The notes beneath the pieces are model-generated. The model was given only the letters and a program-made list of their open reading frames with translations. It searched no databases and was not told the DNA's origin. Below are positions 1 through 11,752 of a stretch of 64,000 nt of DNA, in pieces; the stretch's first letter is position 1, and the number at the start of each line of letters is the position of its first letter. The position numbers and the translations under genes were made by a program. Source of the DNA: an uncultured Alphaproteobacteria bacterium (GTDB lineage Bacteria > Pseudomonadota > Alphaproteobacteria > CAAHEQ01 > UBA3637); assembly GCA_947627155.1 (NCBI GenBank), contig CANQUX010000006.1, positions 10,894 to 74,893 on the forward strand, in the 5' to 3' direction.

Positions 1-136
1 CCGTTGCTTCTCCGACACCCATATTCAGAACAATTTTGTCCAAATGGGGAATTTCCATTTTGTTTTTGTAGCCGAATTGAGCTAACAAAGCGGGAGCGAT
101 TTCTTCATCATATTTCTTTTTTAATCTTGCTGTCAT
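1..136 (-). CDS. rplE: 50S ribosomal protein L5, N-terminal part (runs off window start)
   Basis: Manual translation from ATG at 136: [44 protein letters not shown]; follows rplX. Confidence 0.95.
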   Translation of the reverse strand, partial: MTARLKKKYDEEIAPALLAQFGYKNKMEIPHLDKIVLNMGVGEAT

Positions 137-147
137 GATGTTATCCC

Positions 148-462
148 TTACTTCGTAATCACTTCGCCCGAGCGTTTTGAAACGCGGACTTTTTGATCAT
201 TTACAATTTTAAATCCGACGCGTGTTGCTTTTCCGGATTTCGGGTCAATCAACGCCACGTTGGAAACATGAATCGGGGCTTCTTTTGTTTGAATGCCGCC
301 GGCATTTTCCTGTGTGGGCTTTTGATGTCTTTTGACCAAATTAATCCCTTGCACCAAAACTTTATTGTCTTTCGGCATGGATTTCAACACTTCGCCTGTT
401 TTTCCTTTGTCGCGACCCGTAATCACAATCACCTGATCGCCTTTTTTAATTTTCATAGCCAT
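148..462 (-). CDS. rplX: 50S ribosomal protein L24
   Basis: [21 protein letters not shown] motif, EAPIHVSNV; operon order. Confidence 0.97.
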   Translation of the reverse strand: MAMKIKKGDQVIVITGRDKGKTGEVLKSMPKDNKVLVQGINLVKRHQKPTQENAGGIQTKEAPIHVSNVALIDPKSGKATRVGFKIVNDQKVRVSKRSGEVITK

Positions 463-463
463 G

Positions 464-832
464 TTATAAAACCTCCGGCGCTAATGACATAATTTTGGCA
501 TAGTTCTTCGCACGTAATTCACGTGTAACCGGTCCGAAGATACGCGTTCCGATGGGTTCGCCGTCTTTGTTGACCAATACAACCGCGTTGGAATCAAAGC
601 GAATTGCCGTACCGTCTTGTCTATGAATTTCTTTCGCCGTCCGAACGATTAATGCCCGTTGGACGTCGCCTTTTTTGACTTTTCCGCGTGGTTTTGCTTT
701 TTTGACGGAAACAATAATCACGTCTCCGACAGAGGCAACCTTACGCTTCGAGCCGCCAATCACTTTAATGCACTGAACTTTCAGAGCGCCTGAGTTATCA
801 GCAACATCAAGGTTTGTTTCTACTTGAATCAT
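464..832 (-). CDS. rplN: 50S ribosomal protein L14
   Basis: [16 protein letters not shown]...GTRIFGPV...SLAPEVL. Confidence 0.98.
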   Translation of the reverse strand: MIQVETNLDVADNSGALKVQCIKVIGGSKRKVASVGDVIIVSVKKAKPRGKVKKGDVQRALIVRTAKEIHRQDGTAIRFDSNAVVLVNKDGEPIGTRIFGPVTRELRAKNYAKIMSLAPEVL

Positions 833-856
833 CGGTTTATCCTTCCTAATTCGCGT

Positions 857-1093
857 TTATTTGTTCTCTGCCACGACAACCCAAGATTTTGTCTTGGAAA
901 TCGGGCGACTTTCAATAATTTGCACAATGTCACCGACTTTGCACAAATTGTTTTCATCATGCGCCGTATATTTCTTACTGCGCTTGATGTATTTCTTATA
1001 CACCGGGTGCATCACACGCCGTTCGACTTTCACGACAACGGATTTATCCATTTTATCGCTCACGACAACACCCTGTAATATTCTTTTAGGCAT
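857..1093 (-). CDS. rpsQ: 30S ribosomal protein S17
   Basis: [11 protein letters not shown]...HPVYKK...ESRPISKTK. Confidence 0.97.
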   Translation of the reverse strand: MPKRILQGVVVSDKMDKSVVVKVERRVMHPVYKKYIKRSKKYTAHDENNLCKVGDIVQIIESRPISKTKSWVVVAENK

Positions 1094-1104
1094 TTTATTC
1101 TCCT

Positions 1105-1302
1105 CTACTTGGCTGCTTTTTTCTGGGCAACCGCTGTTTTAATCTTTGCAATTTCCCGACGAACCTGCCGACGACGTGCCGTGTTCTTTAACGAACCGGC
1201 AGCTTGTTGAAACCGCAAATTCAAAGCTTCCTTTTTGAGTTGAACTTCCATTTCTTGAAGCTCTTGCTCACTTTTAGCCGCTATATTTTTGAATTTTTCC
1301 AT
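1105..1302 (-). CDS. rpmC: 50S ribosomal protein L29
   Basis: LNLRFQ...[10 protein letters not shown]; between rplP and rpsQ. Confidence 0.93.
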   Translation of the reverse strand: MEKFKNIAAKSEQELQEMEVQLKKEALNLRFQQAAGSLKNTARRRQVRREIAKIKTAVAQKKAAK

Positions 1303-1304
1303 TT

Positions 1305-1727
1305 TTATACCTCTTCATCAGCCGTTCTGTAAACAAAGCGAGTCTTAATCGGCAGCTTCATGGCAGCCAAACGAAACGCTTCGCGTGCAATTTCTTCCGA
1401 AACACCGTCGGCTTCAAACATAATGCGACCGGGTTTCACGCGAGCGACCCAAAATTCGGGCGCGCCCTTCCCTTTACCTTGACGAACTTCGGGCGGCTTT
1501 TTGGAAACGGGGACATCGGGGAAAATTCGAATCCACAACCGTCCCTGTCTCTTCATAGCACGCGAAATGGCACGACGAGCCGCTTCAATCTGGCGCGCCG
1601 TTACCCGTTCCGGTTCCAATGCTTTCAAGCCGTAACTGCCGAAATCTAATGTCGTAGCTGATTTAGCGTCGCCATGAATACGACCCTTAAATGCTTTACG
1701 AAATTTTGTTTTCTTAGGACTTAACAT
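1305..1727 (-). CDS. rplP: 50S ribosomal protein L16
   Basis: [30 protein letters not shown]. Confidence 0.98.
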   Translation of the reverse strand: MLSPKKTKFRKAFKGRIHGDAKSATTLDFGSYGLKALEPERVTARQIEAARRAISRAMKRQGRLWIRIFPDVPVSKKPPEVRQGKGKGAPEFWVARVKPGRIMFEADGVSEEIAREAFRLAAMKLPIKTRFVYRTADEEV

Positions 1728-1742
1728 TTTCTTGTTCCTTCA

Positions 1743-2414
1743 TTAACGTTGTACTGAAAAGCGTTTATCTTGCGCCATCGGATCGTGCGCCATAATATCG
1801 CCTTTGTAAATCCAGACTTTAACACCGCAGGTGCCGTAAGCCGTATGAGCCGTGGCAACACCGTAGTCAATGTCTGCACGCAGTGTATGCAAAGGAACAC
1901 GTCCTTCACGATACCATTCCATTCGCGCAATTTCGGCACCGCCCAAACGACCGCCGCAATTGATACGAATGCCTTCCGCTCCCTGACGTAAAGCAGACTG
2001 AACAGCCCGTTTCATCGCCCGACGGAAAGAAATACGTTTTTCAAGTTGTTGTGCAATATTATCGGCCACCAATTTAGCATTGATTTCCGGTTTGCGCACT
2101 TCAACGATGTTGATGTTTAAATCATTGTTATTCGATAACTTAATCAAATCTTTTTTCAATGATTCGATATCCTGCCCTTTTTTACCGATAATAACACCGG
2201 GTCTGGCACAGTAAATTGTAACGATTGCCTTTTTGGCGGGCCGTTCGATAACAATGTGACTGATGCCGGCAGCAGCCAGTTTTTTGTTTAAAAATTTGCG
2301 AATGGCAATATCTTCATGCAATAAATCGGCATAATTCGCATCGGCGAACCAACGAGAATCCCATGTGCGATTGATACCTAAACGCAAACCTGTCGGATTA
2401 ACTTTTTGACCCAT
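1743..2414 (-). CDS. rpsC: 30S ribosomal protein S3
   Basis: [37 protein letters not shown]. Confidence 0.98.
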   Translation of the reverse strand: MGQKVNPTGLRLGINRTWDSRWFADANYADLLHEDIAIRKFLNKKLAAAGISHIVIERPAKKAIVTIYCARPGVIIGKKGQDIESLKKDLIKLSNNNDLNINIVEVRKPEINAKLVADNIAQQLEKRISFRRAMKRAVQSALRQGAEGIRINCGGRLGGAEIARMEWYREGRVPLHTLRADIDYGVATAHTAYGTCGVKVWIYKGDIMAHDPMAQDKRFSVQR

Positions 2415-2842
2415 TAGTTATTCTCCTCTTTCTTTGAAACCGTTTTTTTCGTTGTTTTTTTGGCTTTCGGAGCCGCTTTGGCTTCCGCTTCCTTTTCGGC
2501 AACGATAATCGTTAAATTGGAAAACGGTTTAATGATATGATTGGCACGCCCTTTGGCACCTGCCTGAAAACGTTTCATCACCATTGATTTGCCGACATAG
2601 GCTTCGGACACGACCAACCGATCGACATCCATACCGTGATTGTTTTCGGCATTGGCAATGGCAGACAGTAAAACCTTTTTCACTTCAACGGCAATGCGTT
2701 TTGTGGAAAAAGTTAATTGAGCCAAGGCTTTATCGGCTTTGAGCCCGCGAATGGATTCCGCCACGAGATTGAGTTTCCGAGGCGAAATGCGCAACGTACG
2801 TGCTTTTGCGGTTGCTTTTTTAACTTCTTGTGTTGCTACCAT
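2414..2842 (-). CDS. rplV: 50S ribosomal protein L22
   Basis: [20 protein letters not shown]; Lys/Ala-rich C-terminal extension. Confidence 0.96.
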   Translation of the reverse strand: MVATQEVKKATAKARTLRISPRKLNLVAESIRGLKADKALAQLTFSTKRIAVEVKKVLLSAIANAENNHGMDVDRLVVSEAYVGKSMVMKRFQAGAKGRANHIIKPFSNLTIIVAEKEAEAKAAPKAKKTTKKTVSKKEENN

Positions 2843-3129
2843 TATTTACCTGCTTTCTTTGCTTTGGCATCGTTAGCCGTGTGACCGGGGAATGATCTGG
2901 TCGGCGAGAATTCACCGAACTTATGCCCGATCATATTTTCTGTCACTGACACGGGAATAAACTTTTTACCATTATAAACGGCAAAAGTCAAGCCCACAAA
3001 TTGCGGAAGTATTGTCGACCGGCGTGACCAGGTCTTAATTACTTCATGACGACCGGATTGCGCGACTTTTTCTGCTTTATCCAGCAAATAGCCGTCAACA
3101 AAAGGTCCTTTCCATACGGATCTTGTCAT
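2842..3129 (-). CDS. rpsS: 30S ribosomal protein S19
   Basis: [32 protein letters not shown]. Confidence 0.98.
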   Translation of the reverse strand: MTRSVWKGPFVDGYLLDKAEKVAQSGRHEVIKTWSRRSTILPQFVGLTFAVYNGKKFIPVSVTENMIGHKFGEFSPTRSFPGHTANDAKAKKAGK

Positions 3130-3141
3130 TTATATGCCTCC

Positions 3142-3969
3142 TTAGGATTTCTTCACTGCATGACGCGTTCTGATAATTAAAGCGTCAGTGCGTTTATTGT
3201 TACGGGTTTTAAGACCTTTCGTCTGCCAGCCCCACGGAGAGACAGGCTGACGTCCGCCGTTTGTCCGTCCGCCGTGCGGGTGATCAACCGGGTTCATGGC
3301 AATACCGCGAACGCTCGGACGACGATCGTTCCACCGTGCCCGACCGGCTTTCGCCATGACCGTGTTTTGATTATCCGGGTTGGAAACGGCACCGACAGAT
3401 GCGAAACATTCGCCTCTGATTAAGCGCAATTCACCCGAATTCAAACGAATTTGAGCATAACCCGCATCTTTACCGATTAACTGCGCATAACAACCGGCCG
3501 AACGGGCAATTTGTCCGCCCTTCCCCGGATTTAATTCAATGTTATGCACAATCGTTCCGACCGGCATATTTTTGAGCGGCATGGCATTGCCCGGTTTAAT
3601 ATCGGCATGTTCGGCCGCAATGACCGTATCTCCGATTCCCAAGCGTTGCGGTGCCAAAATATAAGCCAATTCTCCGTCGGCATATTTGACGAGTGCAATA
3701 AATGCTGTTCTGTTCGGATCATATTCCAACCGTTCGACCGTGGCGGGAACATCTAATTTTCTCCGCTTGAAGTCAATAATCCGGTAAGCTTGTTTATGCC
3801 CGCCGCCGCGACGACGACTGGTAATATGACCGTGATTGTTCCGTCCGCCCGTGTGGGATTGACCTTCCGTCAATGTTTTAACAGGCGCACCTTTATGCAA
3901 GTCAGTCCGATCGATACCGACCAAGTGTCTGACCGTTGAGGTTGTAGGTTTATATGTTTTTAAAGCCAT
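3142..3969 (-). CDS. rplB: 50S ribosomal protein L2
   Basis: [26 protein letters not shown]. Confidence 0.98.
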   Translation of the reverse strand: MALKTYKPTTSTVRHLVGIDRTDLHKGAPVKTLTEGQSHTGGRNNHGHITSRRRGGGHKQAYRIIDFKRRKLDVPATVERLEYDPNRTAFIALVKYADGELAYILAPQRLGIGDTVIAAEHADIKPGNAMPLKNMPVGTIVHNIELNPGKGGQIARSAGCYAQLIGKDAGYAQIRLNSGELRLIRGECFASVGAVSNPDNQNTVMAKAGRARWNDRRPSVRGIAMNPVDHPHGGRTNGGRQPVSPWGWQTKGLKTRNNKRTDALIIRTRHAVKKS

Positions 3970-3971
3970 GG

Positions 3972-4286
3972 TTAAATCCCCGCTGTTACATCAATGCTTT
4001 GACCTTCCGCCAAAGTCACGATGGCTTTCTTTGTTTCGTTGCGAACACCTTTCACGCCACGGAAAATTTTTCTTTTTCCGGCTTGACGCAAGGTATTGAC
4101 TGATTTTACTTTCACACCGAACACACCTTCAATCGCTTTTTTGATTTGCGGTTTGGTTGCGTTGACATTGACAACAAATGACACCTGATTGTGTTCGGAA
4201 CTCTTCATGGATTTTTCCGTGATGAGCGGTTTGACGATGACATCGTACAATTCCGGCGCGACTGCCGGCGTATTGTTCTTACTCAT
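3972..4286 (-). CDS. rplW: 50S ribosomal protein L23
   Basis: [23 protein letters not shown]. Confidence 0.96.
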   Translation of the reverse strand: MSKNNTPAVAPELYDVIVKPLITEKSMKSSEHNQVSFVVNVNATKPQIKKAIEGVFGVKVKSVNTLRQAGKRKIFRGVKGVRNETKKAIVTLAEGQSIDVTAGI

Positions 4287-4903
4287 TTCAACCGTCCTTC
4301 CAGCTGGGCCACAGCATCTTTGGATAATACCAGCATATCGCGGCGAATAATGTCATAAACATTTGCGCCTTGCGAGGGCAGGACATCCACATTAATAATA
4401 TTACGAGCCGACAAAGCAAAATTGTTGTCAACCGTTTCACCGCCGACGAACAAGACCGATTTCCAACCGTTTTTGTTGAAAACGCTTTGTAACGCTTTCG
4501 TATTCGGTTTTTCGCTTGTTAACGCATCAACAATGACCAATTTTCCGTTTTTCGCTTTTAACGACAAAGCCACACGCATACCGAGTGCGCGAATTTTCTT
4601 CGTTAAACCGTAAGCATGTGAGCGAACGACCGGACCGAAAACAACGCCGCCGTGACGCATTTGCGGTGCTCTGTCCAAACCCTGCCGCGCGCGACCCGTT
4701 CCTTTTTGTTTGAACGGTTTCACACCCGAACCGCTGACTTCGCCGACATCTTTGGCTTTATGTGTACCGGCGCGGCGTTTATCCAACTGCCATTGAATCA
4801 CGCGAGCCAAAATATCTTCGCGGACTTCAACGCCGAAAACGGCATCGCTCAACTCAATGGAGCCGACCGACTGACCGTTTAAATTAGTGACTGAATATTT
4901 CAT
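4283..4903 (-). CDS. rplD: 50S ribosomal protein L4
   Basis: [21 protein letters not shown]. Confidence 0.97.
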   Translation of the reverse strand: MKYSVTNLNGQSVGSIELSDAVFGVEVREDILARVIQWQLDKRRAGTHKAKDVGEVSGSGVKPFKQKGTGRARQGLDRAPQMRHGGVVFGPVVRSHAYGLTKKIRALGMRVALSLKAKNGKLVIVDALTSEKPNTKALQSVFNKNGWKSVLFVGGETVDNNFALSARNIINVDVLPSQGANVYDIIRRDMLVLSKDAVAQLEGRLK

Positions 4904-4907
4904 CGGT

Positions 4908-5624
4908 TTATTCCTTTACTTCTTCTGCTTCGGCAGATTTTTCATTGACCGCCTGGGTCTTTAAACCGGCGGGCAGCGGCAAGTTCGGCTGCTTTGAAAT
5001 CTTTACCGAATCTTTAATTGTCACAAGCGCGGAATCAAAGCCCGGAACACTGCCTTTCACCATCACCAGATTTCTGGCTTCGTCAATCGACACCACTTCC
5101 AGATTTTGAGCCGTTACTTGTTTATTTCCCATTTGTCCCGGCATTTTCACGTTTTTGAAAACCTTGCCCGGCCATTCACGTTGACCGGTTGAACCGCCGG
5201 AACGATGTGTTCTCGACACACCGTGTGTGGCGTTATCACCGCCGAAATGGTATTTTTTCATCACACCGGCATAACCTTTACCGATGGAAATGCCCGTCAC
5301 GTCAACTTTTTGACCGACTACAAAGTGATTGGCACTCAATTCGGCGCCGACCGGCAACACACAATCTTCGGAAACCCGAAATTCAACCAATGTTTTTTTC
5401 GGTTCCACTTTTGCCTTGGCAAAATGCCCAAGCTGCGGCTTAGCAACGTTTTTCGCCTTTGCTTTACCGGCTCCCAGCTGGACAGCGACATAACCGTCCC
5501 GTTCCATGGTGCGAACGTCAACAACCGTACTGTCAACTTTTAAAACAGTGACGGGAATTTGCGTACCGTTCTCCTGAAACAGGCTCATCATGCCGACTTT
5601 TTCTGCAATTACTCCTGAACGCAT
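4908..5624 (-). CDS. rplC: 50S ribosomal protein L3
   Basis: [30 protein letters not shown]. Confidence 0.97.
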   Translation of the reverse strand: MRSGVIAEKVGMMSLFQENGTQIPVTVLKVDSTVVDVRTMERDGYVAVQLGAGKAKAKNVAKPQLGHFAKAKVEPKKTLVEFRVSEDCVLPVGAELSANHFVVGQKVDVTGISIGKGYAGVMKKYHFGGDNATHGVSRTHRSGGSTGQREWPGKVFKNVKMPGQMGNKQVTAQNLEVVSIDEARNLVMVKGSVPGFDSALVTIKDSVKISKQPNLPLPAGLKTQAVNEKSAEAEEVKE

Positions 5625-5636
5625 TTTCTTTTTTCC

Positions 5637-5945
5637 TTATATTTTAATCTCAACATCTACACCGGCGGCGAGGTCCAATTTCATGAGGGCATCAACCGTT
5701 TGAGGTGTGGGATCAATAATGTCAAGCACCCGCTTATGGGTACGAATCTCAAACTGTTCACGTGATTTTTTATTAACATGCACGGAACGGTTCACTGTGA
5801 ATTTTTCAATACGAGTCGGCAACGGAATCGGGCCGATAACTTCGGCGCCTGTCCGTTTGGCTGTATTGACGATCTCCCGGGTTGATTGATCCAACAACCG
5901 ATGGTCGAACGCTCTTAAACGAATTCTGATATTTTGTTCTGACAT
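5637..5945 (-). CDS. rpsJ: 30S ribosomal protein S10
   Basis: [33 protein letters not shown]. Confidence 0.98.
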   Translation of the reverse strand: MSEQNIRIRLRAFDHRLLDQSTREIVNTAKRTGAEVIGPIPLPTRIEKFTVNRSVHVNKKSREQFEIRTHKRVLDIIDPTPQTVDALMKLDLAAGVDVEIKI

Positions 5946-5959
5946 AATTTTAACCTTTC

Positions 5960-8038
5960 TTAACCTGCCACTTTGGCTTTGATTTCATCCGCAACCATTT
6001 GCGGAACATCTGCATAGTGTGAAAACTCCATACTGTATTGGGCACGCCCTTGACTCATGGATCGCAATGTGTTCACATAGCCGAACATATTTGCCAACGG
6101 AACGGTTGCATCAATCACACGCGCATTGCCCCGTTGATCCATACCGGAAACCTGTCCGCGACGCGCATTCAAGTCACCGATAATATCGCCCATGTAATCC
6201 TCCGGCGTAACAATTTCCACTTTCATAATCGGTTCCAAAAGTTTCGGACCGGCTTTGCTCATTCCTTCACGGAAAGCAGCACGAGCGGCAATTTCAAACG
6301 CCATGGTGCTGGAGTCAACATCGTGATAAGCGCCGTCATACAGATTGGCTTTAAAGTCCGTGCAGGGGAAACCTGCCAAAACACCCGTTTCCAAAGAAGC
6401 CCGTAAGCCTTTTTCAACACCCGGAATATATTCTTTCGGAACGGCACCGCCGACAACGGTATTTTCAAACACAAAGCCCGAACCCGGTTCCAACGGCGAA
6501 AACTTAATGCGCACCCGCGCAAATTGACCGGAACCGCCGGTTTGCTTTTTGTGGGTGTAATCTTCATCATATTCGCGTGAAATGGTTTCGCGATAAGCCA
6601 CTTGCGGCGCACCGACATTGGCTTCCACTTTGAATTCCCGTTTTAAACGATCAACAATAATTTCCAAGTGCAACTCGCCCATACCTTTAATAACGGTTTG
6701 TCCCGTTTCGGTGTTGGACGTGACGCGGAAAGACGGATCTTCCATGGCCAACCGATTCAACGCCAAGCCCATTTTTTCAACATCGGCTTTCGTTTTCGGT
6801 TCAACGGCAATTTCAATAACCGGATCGGGGAAATCCATTTTTTCCAAAACCACTTTTAAGTTATCGCCGCACAGCGTATCACCCGTGGTGGTATCTTTCA
6901 ATCCGACCAACGCAACAATATCACCGGCCGTGGCTTCTTTAATTTCTTCCCGATGGTTTGCATGCATTAACAACATACGCCCGATCCGTTCTTTTTTATC
7001 TTTAACGGTATTCGTCACATAGCTACCGCTTGTTAATGTTCCCTGATAAACACGCAAGAAGGTTAACGAACCGACAAACGGGTCTGTCATAATTTTAAAT
7101 GCCAATCCGGCAAAGGGTTTGTCATCAACCGAGGCACAAACATATTCCTGTTCCGTCCCGGCAATAATGCCTTTGGCTTGCGGAATATCAATGGGAGACG
7201 GCAAATAATCAACAACGGCATCCAACAACGGTTGAATACCTTTGTTTTTAAAGGCCGATCCGCAAAAAACGGGAATAAACGTTTGAGAAATCGTTCCTTT
7301 CCGAATGCATCTTTTCAACGTTTCTTTATCGGGCTCTTTGCCTTCCAAATAAGCTTCCATGGCCTCGTCTTCCATTTCAACGGCCATTTCAATCATTTCC
7401 TGATGGCATTGAGCGGCTTTTTCTTTTAAATCAGCCGGAATTTCCTGATATTCGAACGTGGCGCCCAAATCTTCGGAATGCCAAATAATGGCACGTTGTT
7501 CCAAAATATCAACAATACCTTTAAATTCGGCTTCGGCACCGATCGGCAATGCCATAACCATCGGGCGCGCTCCCAAACGGGTTTTAATCATTTCAACGCA
7601 CCGATCGAAATTCGCACCGATTCGATCCATTTTATTGGCAAAGCAAATACGGGGAACACCGTATTTATCGGCTTGACGCCAAACGGTTTCGGATTGCGGT
7701 TCCACGCCGGCAACGCCGTCAAAAACCGTAATAGCACCGTCTAACACACGCAAGCACCGTTCCACTTCAACCGTAAAGTCAACGTGTCCCGGCGTATCAA
7801 TAATGTTAATCCGATGATTTTTCCAAAAAGCCGTTGTGGCGGCGGAAGTAATGGTAATACCGCGTTCCTGTTCCTGTTCCATCCAGTCCATGGTAGCGGC
7901 ACCGTCATGCACTTCGCCGATTTTGTGCGATTTTCCGGTGTAATATAAAATTCGTTCCGTTGTTGTGGTTTTACCGGCATCAATGTGAGCCATAATGCCG
8001 ATGTTTCTGTATTTTTCAATCGGAGTTGTCCGTGCCAT
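5960..8038 (-). CDS. fusA: Elongation factor G
   Basis: [33 protein letters not shown]; 692 aa. Confidence 0.99.
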   Translation of the reverse strand: MARTTPIEKYRNIGIMAHIDAGKTTTTERILYYTGKSHKIGEVHDGAATMDWMEQEQERGITITSAATTAFWKNHRINIIDTPGHVDFTVEVERCLRVLDGAITVFDGVAGVEPQSETVWRQADKYGVPRICFANKMDRIGANFDRCVEMIKTRLGARPMVMALPIGAEAEFKGIVDILEQRAIIWHSEDLGATFEYQEIPADLKEKAAQCHQEMIEMAVEMEDEAMEAYLEGKEPDKETLKRCIRKGTISQTFIPVFCGSAFKNKGIQPLLDAVVDYLPSPIDIPQAKGIIAGTEQEYVCASVDDKPFAGLAFKIMTDPFVGSLTFLRVYQGTLTSGSYVTNTVKDKKERIGRMLLMHANHREEIKEATAGDIVALVGLKDTTTGDTLCGDNLKVVLEKMDFPDPVIEIAVEPKTKADVEKMGLALNRLAMEDPSFRVTSNTETGQTVIKGMGELHLEIIVDRLKREFKVEANVGAPQVAYRETISREYDEDYTHKKQTGGSGQFARVRIKFSPLEPGSGFVFENTVVGGAVPKEYIPGVEKGLRASLETGVLAGFPCTDFKANLYDGAYHDVDSSTMAFEIAARAAFREGMSKAGPKLLEPIMKVEIVTPEDYMGDIIGDLNARRGQVSGMDQRGNARVIDATVPLANMFGYVNTLRSMSQGRAQYSMEFSHYADVPQMVADEIKAKVAG

Positions 8039-8047
8039 AAAAGCCTC

Positions 8048-8518
8048 CTACCATTTAAAGTGGGCAAATGCTTTGTTCGCATCAGCCATCCGATGTGTAT
8101 CTTCCCGTTTCCGAATGGCGGAACCGCGATTATTATAAGCATCTTGTAATTCACCGAACAAACGCTCGACCATTGTTTTTTCCGAACGATTGCGCGCGGC
8201 GGAAATAACCCAACGAATGGCTAACGCCTGTTGACGATCGGGACGGACTTCAACCGGCACCTGATAAGTGGCACCGCCCACCCGACGCGAACGCACTTCC
8301 AATGTGGGCTTTACGTTATTTAAAGCTTCCAAAAACACTTCCAATGCGGGTTTTTTAACTTTGGTTTCCAATTCGGTCATGGCGCCGTAAACAATTTCTT
8401 CGGCAACGCCTTTTTTACCGTCATACATTAAACTGTTCATAAATTTTGTAACAACCGTGTTGTTGTATTTAGCATCGGGGGTTACTTCGCGTTTAATAGC
8501 TGCGTGTCTGCGAGACAT
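8048..8518 (-). CDS. rpsG: 30S ribosomal protein S7
   Basis: [27 protein letters not shown]. Confidence 0.98.
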   Translation of the reverse strand: MSRRHAAIKREVTPDAKYNNTVVTKFMNSLMYDGKKGVAEEIVYGAMTELETKVKKPALEVFLEALNNVKPTLEVRSRRVGGATYQVPVEVRPDRQQALAIRWVISAARNRSEKTMVERLFGELQDAYNNRGSAIRKREDTHRMADANKAFAHFKW

Positions 8519-8530
8519 AATTCCTTCTCC

Positions 8531-8902
8531 TTATTTCGGCCGTTTTGCGCCATACAGCGAACGGGCTTGTTTGCGTTTGGCAACGCCCTGTGTATCGAGC
8601 GTACCGCGAATAATATGATAACGAACACCGGGTAAGTCCTTGACACGACCGCCGCGAATCATCACAACGGAGTGTTCTTGTAAGTTATGACCTTCGCCCG
8701 GAATATAACAAGTTACCTCAAAACCGTTCGTTAAACGAACACGGGCAACTTTACGCAAAGCGGAGTTAGGTTTTTTCGGCGTGGTTGTATAAACACGCGT
8801 GCAAACACCGCGTTTTTGCGGGCATGCTTGCAAAGCAGGAACCTTATTGTGAACTGCTTTTGATCTCCGGGGTTTCCGGATTAACTGGTTAATTGTAGGC
8901 AT
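8531..8902 (-). CDS. rpsL: 30S ribosomal protein S12
   Basis: [29 protein letters not shown]. Confidence 0.99.
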   Translation of the reverse strand: MPTINQLIRKPRRSKAVHNKVPALQACPQKRGVCTRVYTTTPKKPNSALRKVARVRLTNGFEVTCYIPGEGHNLQEHSVVMIRGGRVKDLPGVRYHIIRGTLDTQGVAKRKQARSLYGAKRPK

Positions 8903-9183
8903 TTAAAACTTTCCTTTTTCTTTACCTAATTACACACTCGCCTTTACCGACTCTTCCGAGCAGATAAAAGCACCCTTAATTTTTCTCAACAAAACAAAAG
9001 ATAAGTCCCTGTTTTTATTGAAAACTTCTGTCGTCATTGCTCTCGTTTCCGTTTGGAATGGCAAGAGAAATCCCGCTTAAAAGTGTTGGTATTTAAGCAT
9101 AATTTAAAAAAAATGTCAAGCGTTTTTTTGAAAAAAAATACATAAAAAAGCAAAAATCGGTCATAAAGTTTTTGAAGCGGCAA

Positions 9184-9399
9184 TTATTTGCCCTTTTTTC
9201 CCTGTTTTAGGCTTTTAGCGGTAACATTTTTCCAAAACAGCCTCTTTTCTTTCTCACACTTTTCAACCGAGGCGTTTTTTGCCCCGATTGACTCGAGAAA
9301 TTTTTCTGCTTCGCGCCCATTCTTTACCGTTTGTTCGGGTGTTTTGCTTTCATTATCTTTGGCGTTCACGTCAGTTTTTGCCTCAATACAATACTTCAT
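9184..9399 (-). pseudogene. Detached C-terminal fragment of an ankyrin protein
   Basis: IEAKTDVNAKDNESKTPEQT...FLESIGAKNA resembles the C-terminus of the 10713 paralog; overlaps the stop of the 9396 gene in another frame. Confidence 0.5.
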
Positions 9400-10676
9400 T
9401 CATATACATCTACAATTACAGCTTCACTCCGCAAACTTTTTGCCAGATCCGACGGTGTTTTGCCATCATTATTTTTAACATTCACATCGGCACCGGCGGC
9501 AATCAGTGCTTTTGCAATTTCGTTTTCCTCCCGCAAAGCCTTATGCAACGGCGTTTCGCCCCATTTATTTTTAGCATTGACATCAGCACCCTTGTCAATA
9601 AGCATTTTGGCAACATCAGCATTCTTTGTAAAATGCAACGGTGTTTCGTCCCATTCATTTTTAACATTCACGTCGGCGCCTGCCTCAATCAGTATTTTGG
9701 CAATTTCGGCATTCTTTGCAAAATGCAACGGTGTTTCGCCCCATTCATTTTTAACATTCACGTCAGCGCCTGCCTCAATCAATATTTTTGCAACTTCGGC
9801 GTTCTCTGCCCAATGCAACGGTGTCGTATCACTGTTATTTTTGACATTGACATCGGCACCCGCCTCAATCAGTATTTTGGCAATTTCAGCATTCTTTGCC
9901 TTATACAACGGTGTTTCGCCCGATGTAGTTTTGGCATTGACATCAGCACCTTTATCGATTAACAGTTGCGCAATTTCGGCACTCTTTACTAAACGCAACG
10001 GTGTTTCGCCATATTTATTTTTGGCATTCACATCAGCACCGGCATTTATTAACAACCGTGCAATGGCGACATTCTCCACAAAATAATGCAACGGCATTTC
10101 ACCCCATTTATTTTTAGCATTCACATCGGCACCTTTATCGATTAACAGTTGCGCTATTTCAGCATTCTTTGCAAAATGCAACGGTGTATCGCCAACTTCA
10201 TCTTTGGCATTCACATCAACACCGGCTTCTGTCAGCGCTTTAATTATTTCCTGACTGTTGTCATTTCTTATTTCATACCAAAATACTTCTTTCGCATTAA
10301 ATTTGGCAATCACTTTTTTTAAATAAGGATATTCCCAATAATCAGCCCATTCATAAAACGATTCGGTATCAAAAAAGGAACAAAAAAGATTTTGAAGTGT
10401 TCGCGGCGAATTCGGATCACGACGCTGATAAGCGAGCCGATAAAAAAATCCGCTTTTCTTGTCTTTAAATCTAAAGGTCGGGCTGCTTTTACAAAAGAAA
10501 AAAGGATTATCCAAATCGTCTTTATGCTGATAATAATGATATTCACGATATCCCGCCCGACTTATTAAAGAGACTGTTAAAATCAAAAGCAACATCAGGC
10601 TTATTCTTTTTATTCTTTTCCGAAAAACAGCAGACTTTGTTTTATTGTCCGTTGATTTTTTAATTTTTTTCTTCAT
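9396..10676 (-). CDS. Membrane-anchored ankyrin-repeat protein
   Basis: About 9 tandem GADVNAKN..GETPLH repeats; N-terminal hydrophobic segment; start placed at MKKKIKK after AGGAAG. Confidence 0.85.
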   Translation of the reverse strand: MKKKIKKSTDNKTKSAVFRKRIKRISLMLLLILTVSLISRAGYREYHYYQHKDDLDNPFFFCKSSPTFRFKDKKSGFFYRLAYQRRDPNSPRTLQNLFCSFFDTESFYEWADYWEYPYLKKVIAKFNAKEVFWYEIRNDNSQEIIKALTEAGVDVNAKDEVGDTPLHFAKNAEIAQLLIDKGADVNAKNKWGEMPLHYFVENVAIARLLINAGADVNAKNKYGETPLRLVKSAEIAQLLIDKGADVNAKTTSGETPLYKAKNAEIAKILIEAGADVNVKNNSDTTPLHWAENAEVAKILIEAGADVNVKNEWGETPLHFAKNAEIAKILIEAGADVNVKNEWDETPLHFTKNADVAKMLIDKGADVNAKNKWGETPLHKALREENEIAKALIAAGADVNVKNNDGKTPSDLAKSLRSEAVIVDVYE

Positions 10677-10712
10677 ATTTCTTCCTTTTTTTGCTTTTGA
10701 AAACAAATATTT

Positions 10713-11741
10713 TTAAGAACAGAGCGCACATTTTTGACAATATTTCTCCTCAGCATTTTTAGCGTTTTTTGATAAGAAATATTCCGCTATTTTACACGTG
10801 CAAGAATGTCCCGAAACAACAAAAGCGGCATAATTATTTCCTGACAAGGAATATGCCGCCGTCTCGCAGTTATCCCCCGCTGTTTGAGCAGGCGTTTTGC
10901 CCTCATTATCTTCGGCATTGATATCAGCGCCTCTGTCAACCAATATCCTTATCATCACAATATCATTTGCAACATGTAACGGTGTTTTCCCCTCGTTATC
11001 TTTAACATTCACATCGGCGCCCTTATCGATTGACACTTTTGCAACTTCGCTATGTTTTACCGAATGTAACGGTGTTTGACCTTTCTTATTTTTGGCATGA
11101 ATATCAGCACCGTTATTGATTAACAGCCAAGCCATTTCGACATTTTCTGCCAAATGCAGCGGTGTTTGCCCCTCATCATTTCGGGCATTCACATCAGCAC
11201 CCTTGTCAATCAGCATTTTGGCAATTTCGAGCGTTTTGACATAATGCAAAGCCGTATTGCCGGATTTATCTTTGGCATTCATTTCAATTCCACCACTCTT
11301 TAAAAGAATTGCCACAATTTCGGCAGAATAAAACGATACCGCTTTTATCAACACCGTATGATGATAGGCATCTTTGGCATTCACATCGGCGCCTTTATCA
11401 ATCAACAGTTTCATCATCTCGGTATTATCAGTCAGATGCAACGGGGTTTCCCCGTTATTATCTTTGGCATTCACGTCAGCACCTGCATTTATTAACAGTT
11501 GCGCAATCGCAACATCTTTGACGCGGTGTAACGGCGTTCGCCCCTCACTGTCTTTGGCATTTACGCCCGCGCTTTTAACCGTCAGCATGATTTCGGTTAC
11601 GGCCTCTTTGGCTTTATTCAACGGCGTGATAACACTAAAACTCTCATCAACATAGGGAAAAACATTTTTCGAGAGTGCTTCCTTCAATAAAAAGCATAAA
11701 CCGATTAAGCAACCCAATCGGACTGTTTTCGCAAATTTCAT
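10713..11741 (-). CDS. Exported ankyrin-repeat protein
   Basis: Repeated GADVNAKD..G.TPLH; signal-like N-terminus MKFAKTVRLGCLIGLCFLL. Confidence 0.85.
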   Translation of the reverse strand: MKFAKTVRLGCLIGLCFLLKEALSKNVFPYVDESFSVITPLNKAKEAVTEIMLTVKSAGVNAKDSEGRTPLHRVKDVAIAQLLINAGADVNAKDNNGETPLHLTDNTEMMKLLIDKGADVNAKDAYHHTVLIKAVSFYSAEIVAILLKSGGIEMNAKDKSGNTALHYVKTLEIAKMLIDKGADVNARNDEGQTPLHLAENVEMAWLLINNGADIHAKNKKGQTPLHSVKHSEVAKVSIDKGADVNVKDNEGKTPLHVANDIVMIRILVDRGADINAEDNEGKTPAQTAGDNCETAAYSLSGNNYAAFVVSGHSCTCKIAEYFLSKNAKNAEEKYCQKCALCS

Positions 11742-11752
11742 TTTAAACCCCT

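Noticed and set aside
9430-10220. About 90-bp periodic DNA repeats and long antisense ORFs (9279..9962, 9331..10086)
   Set aside because: Explained by ankyrin repeats coded on the - strand; the + strand ORFs are shadows.
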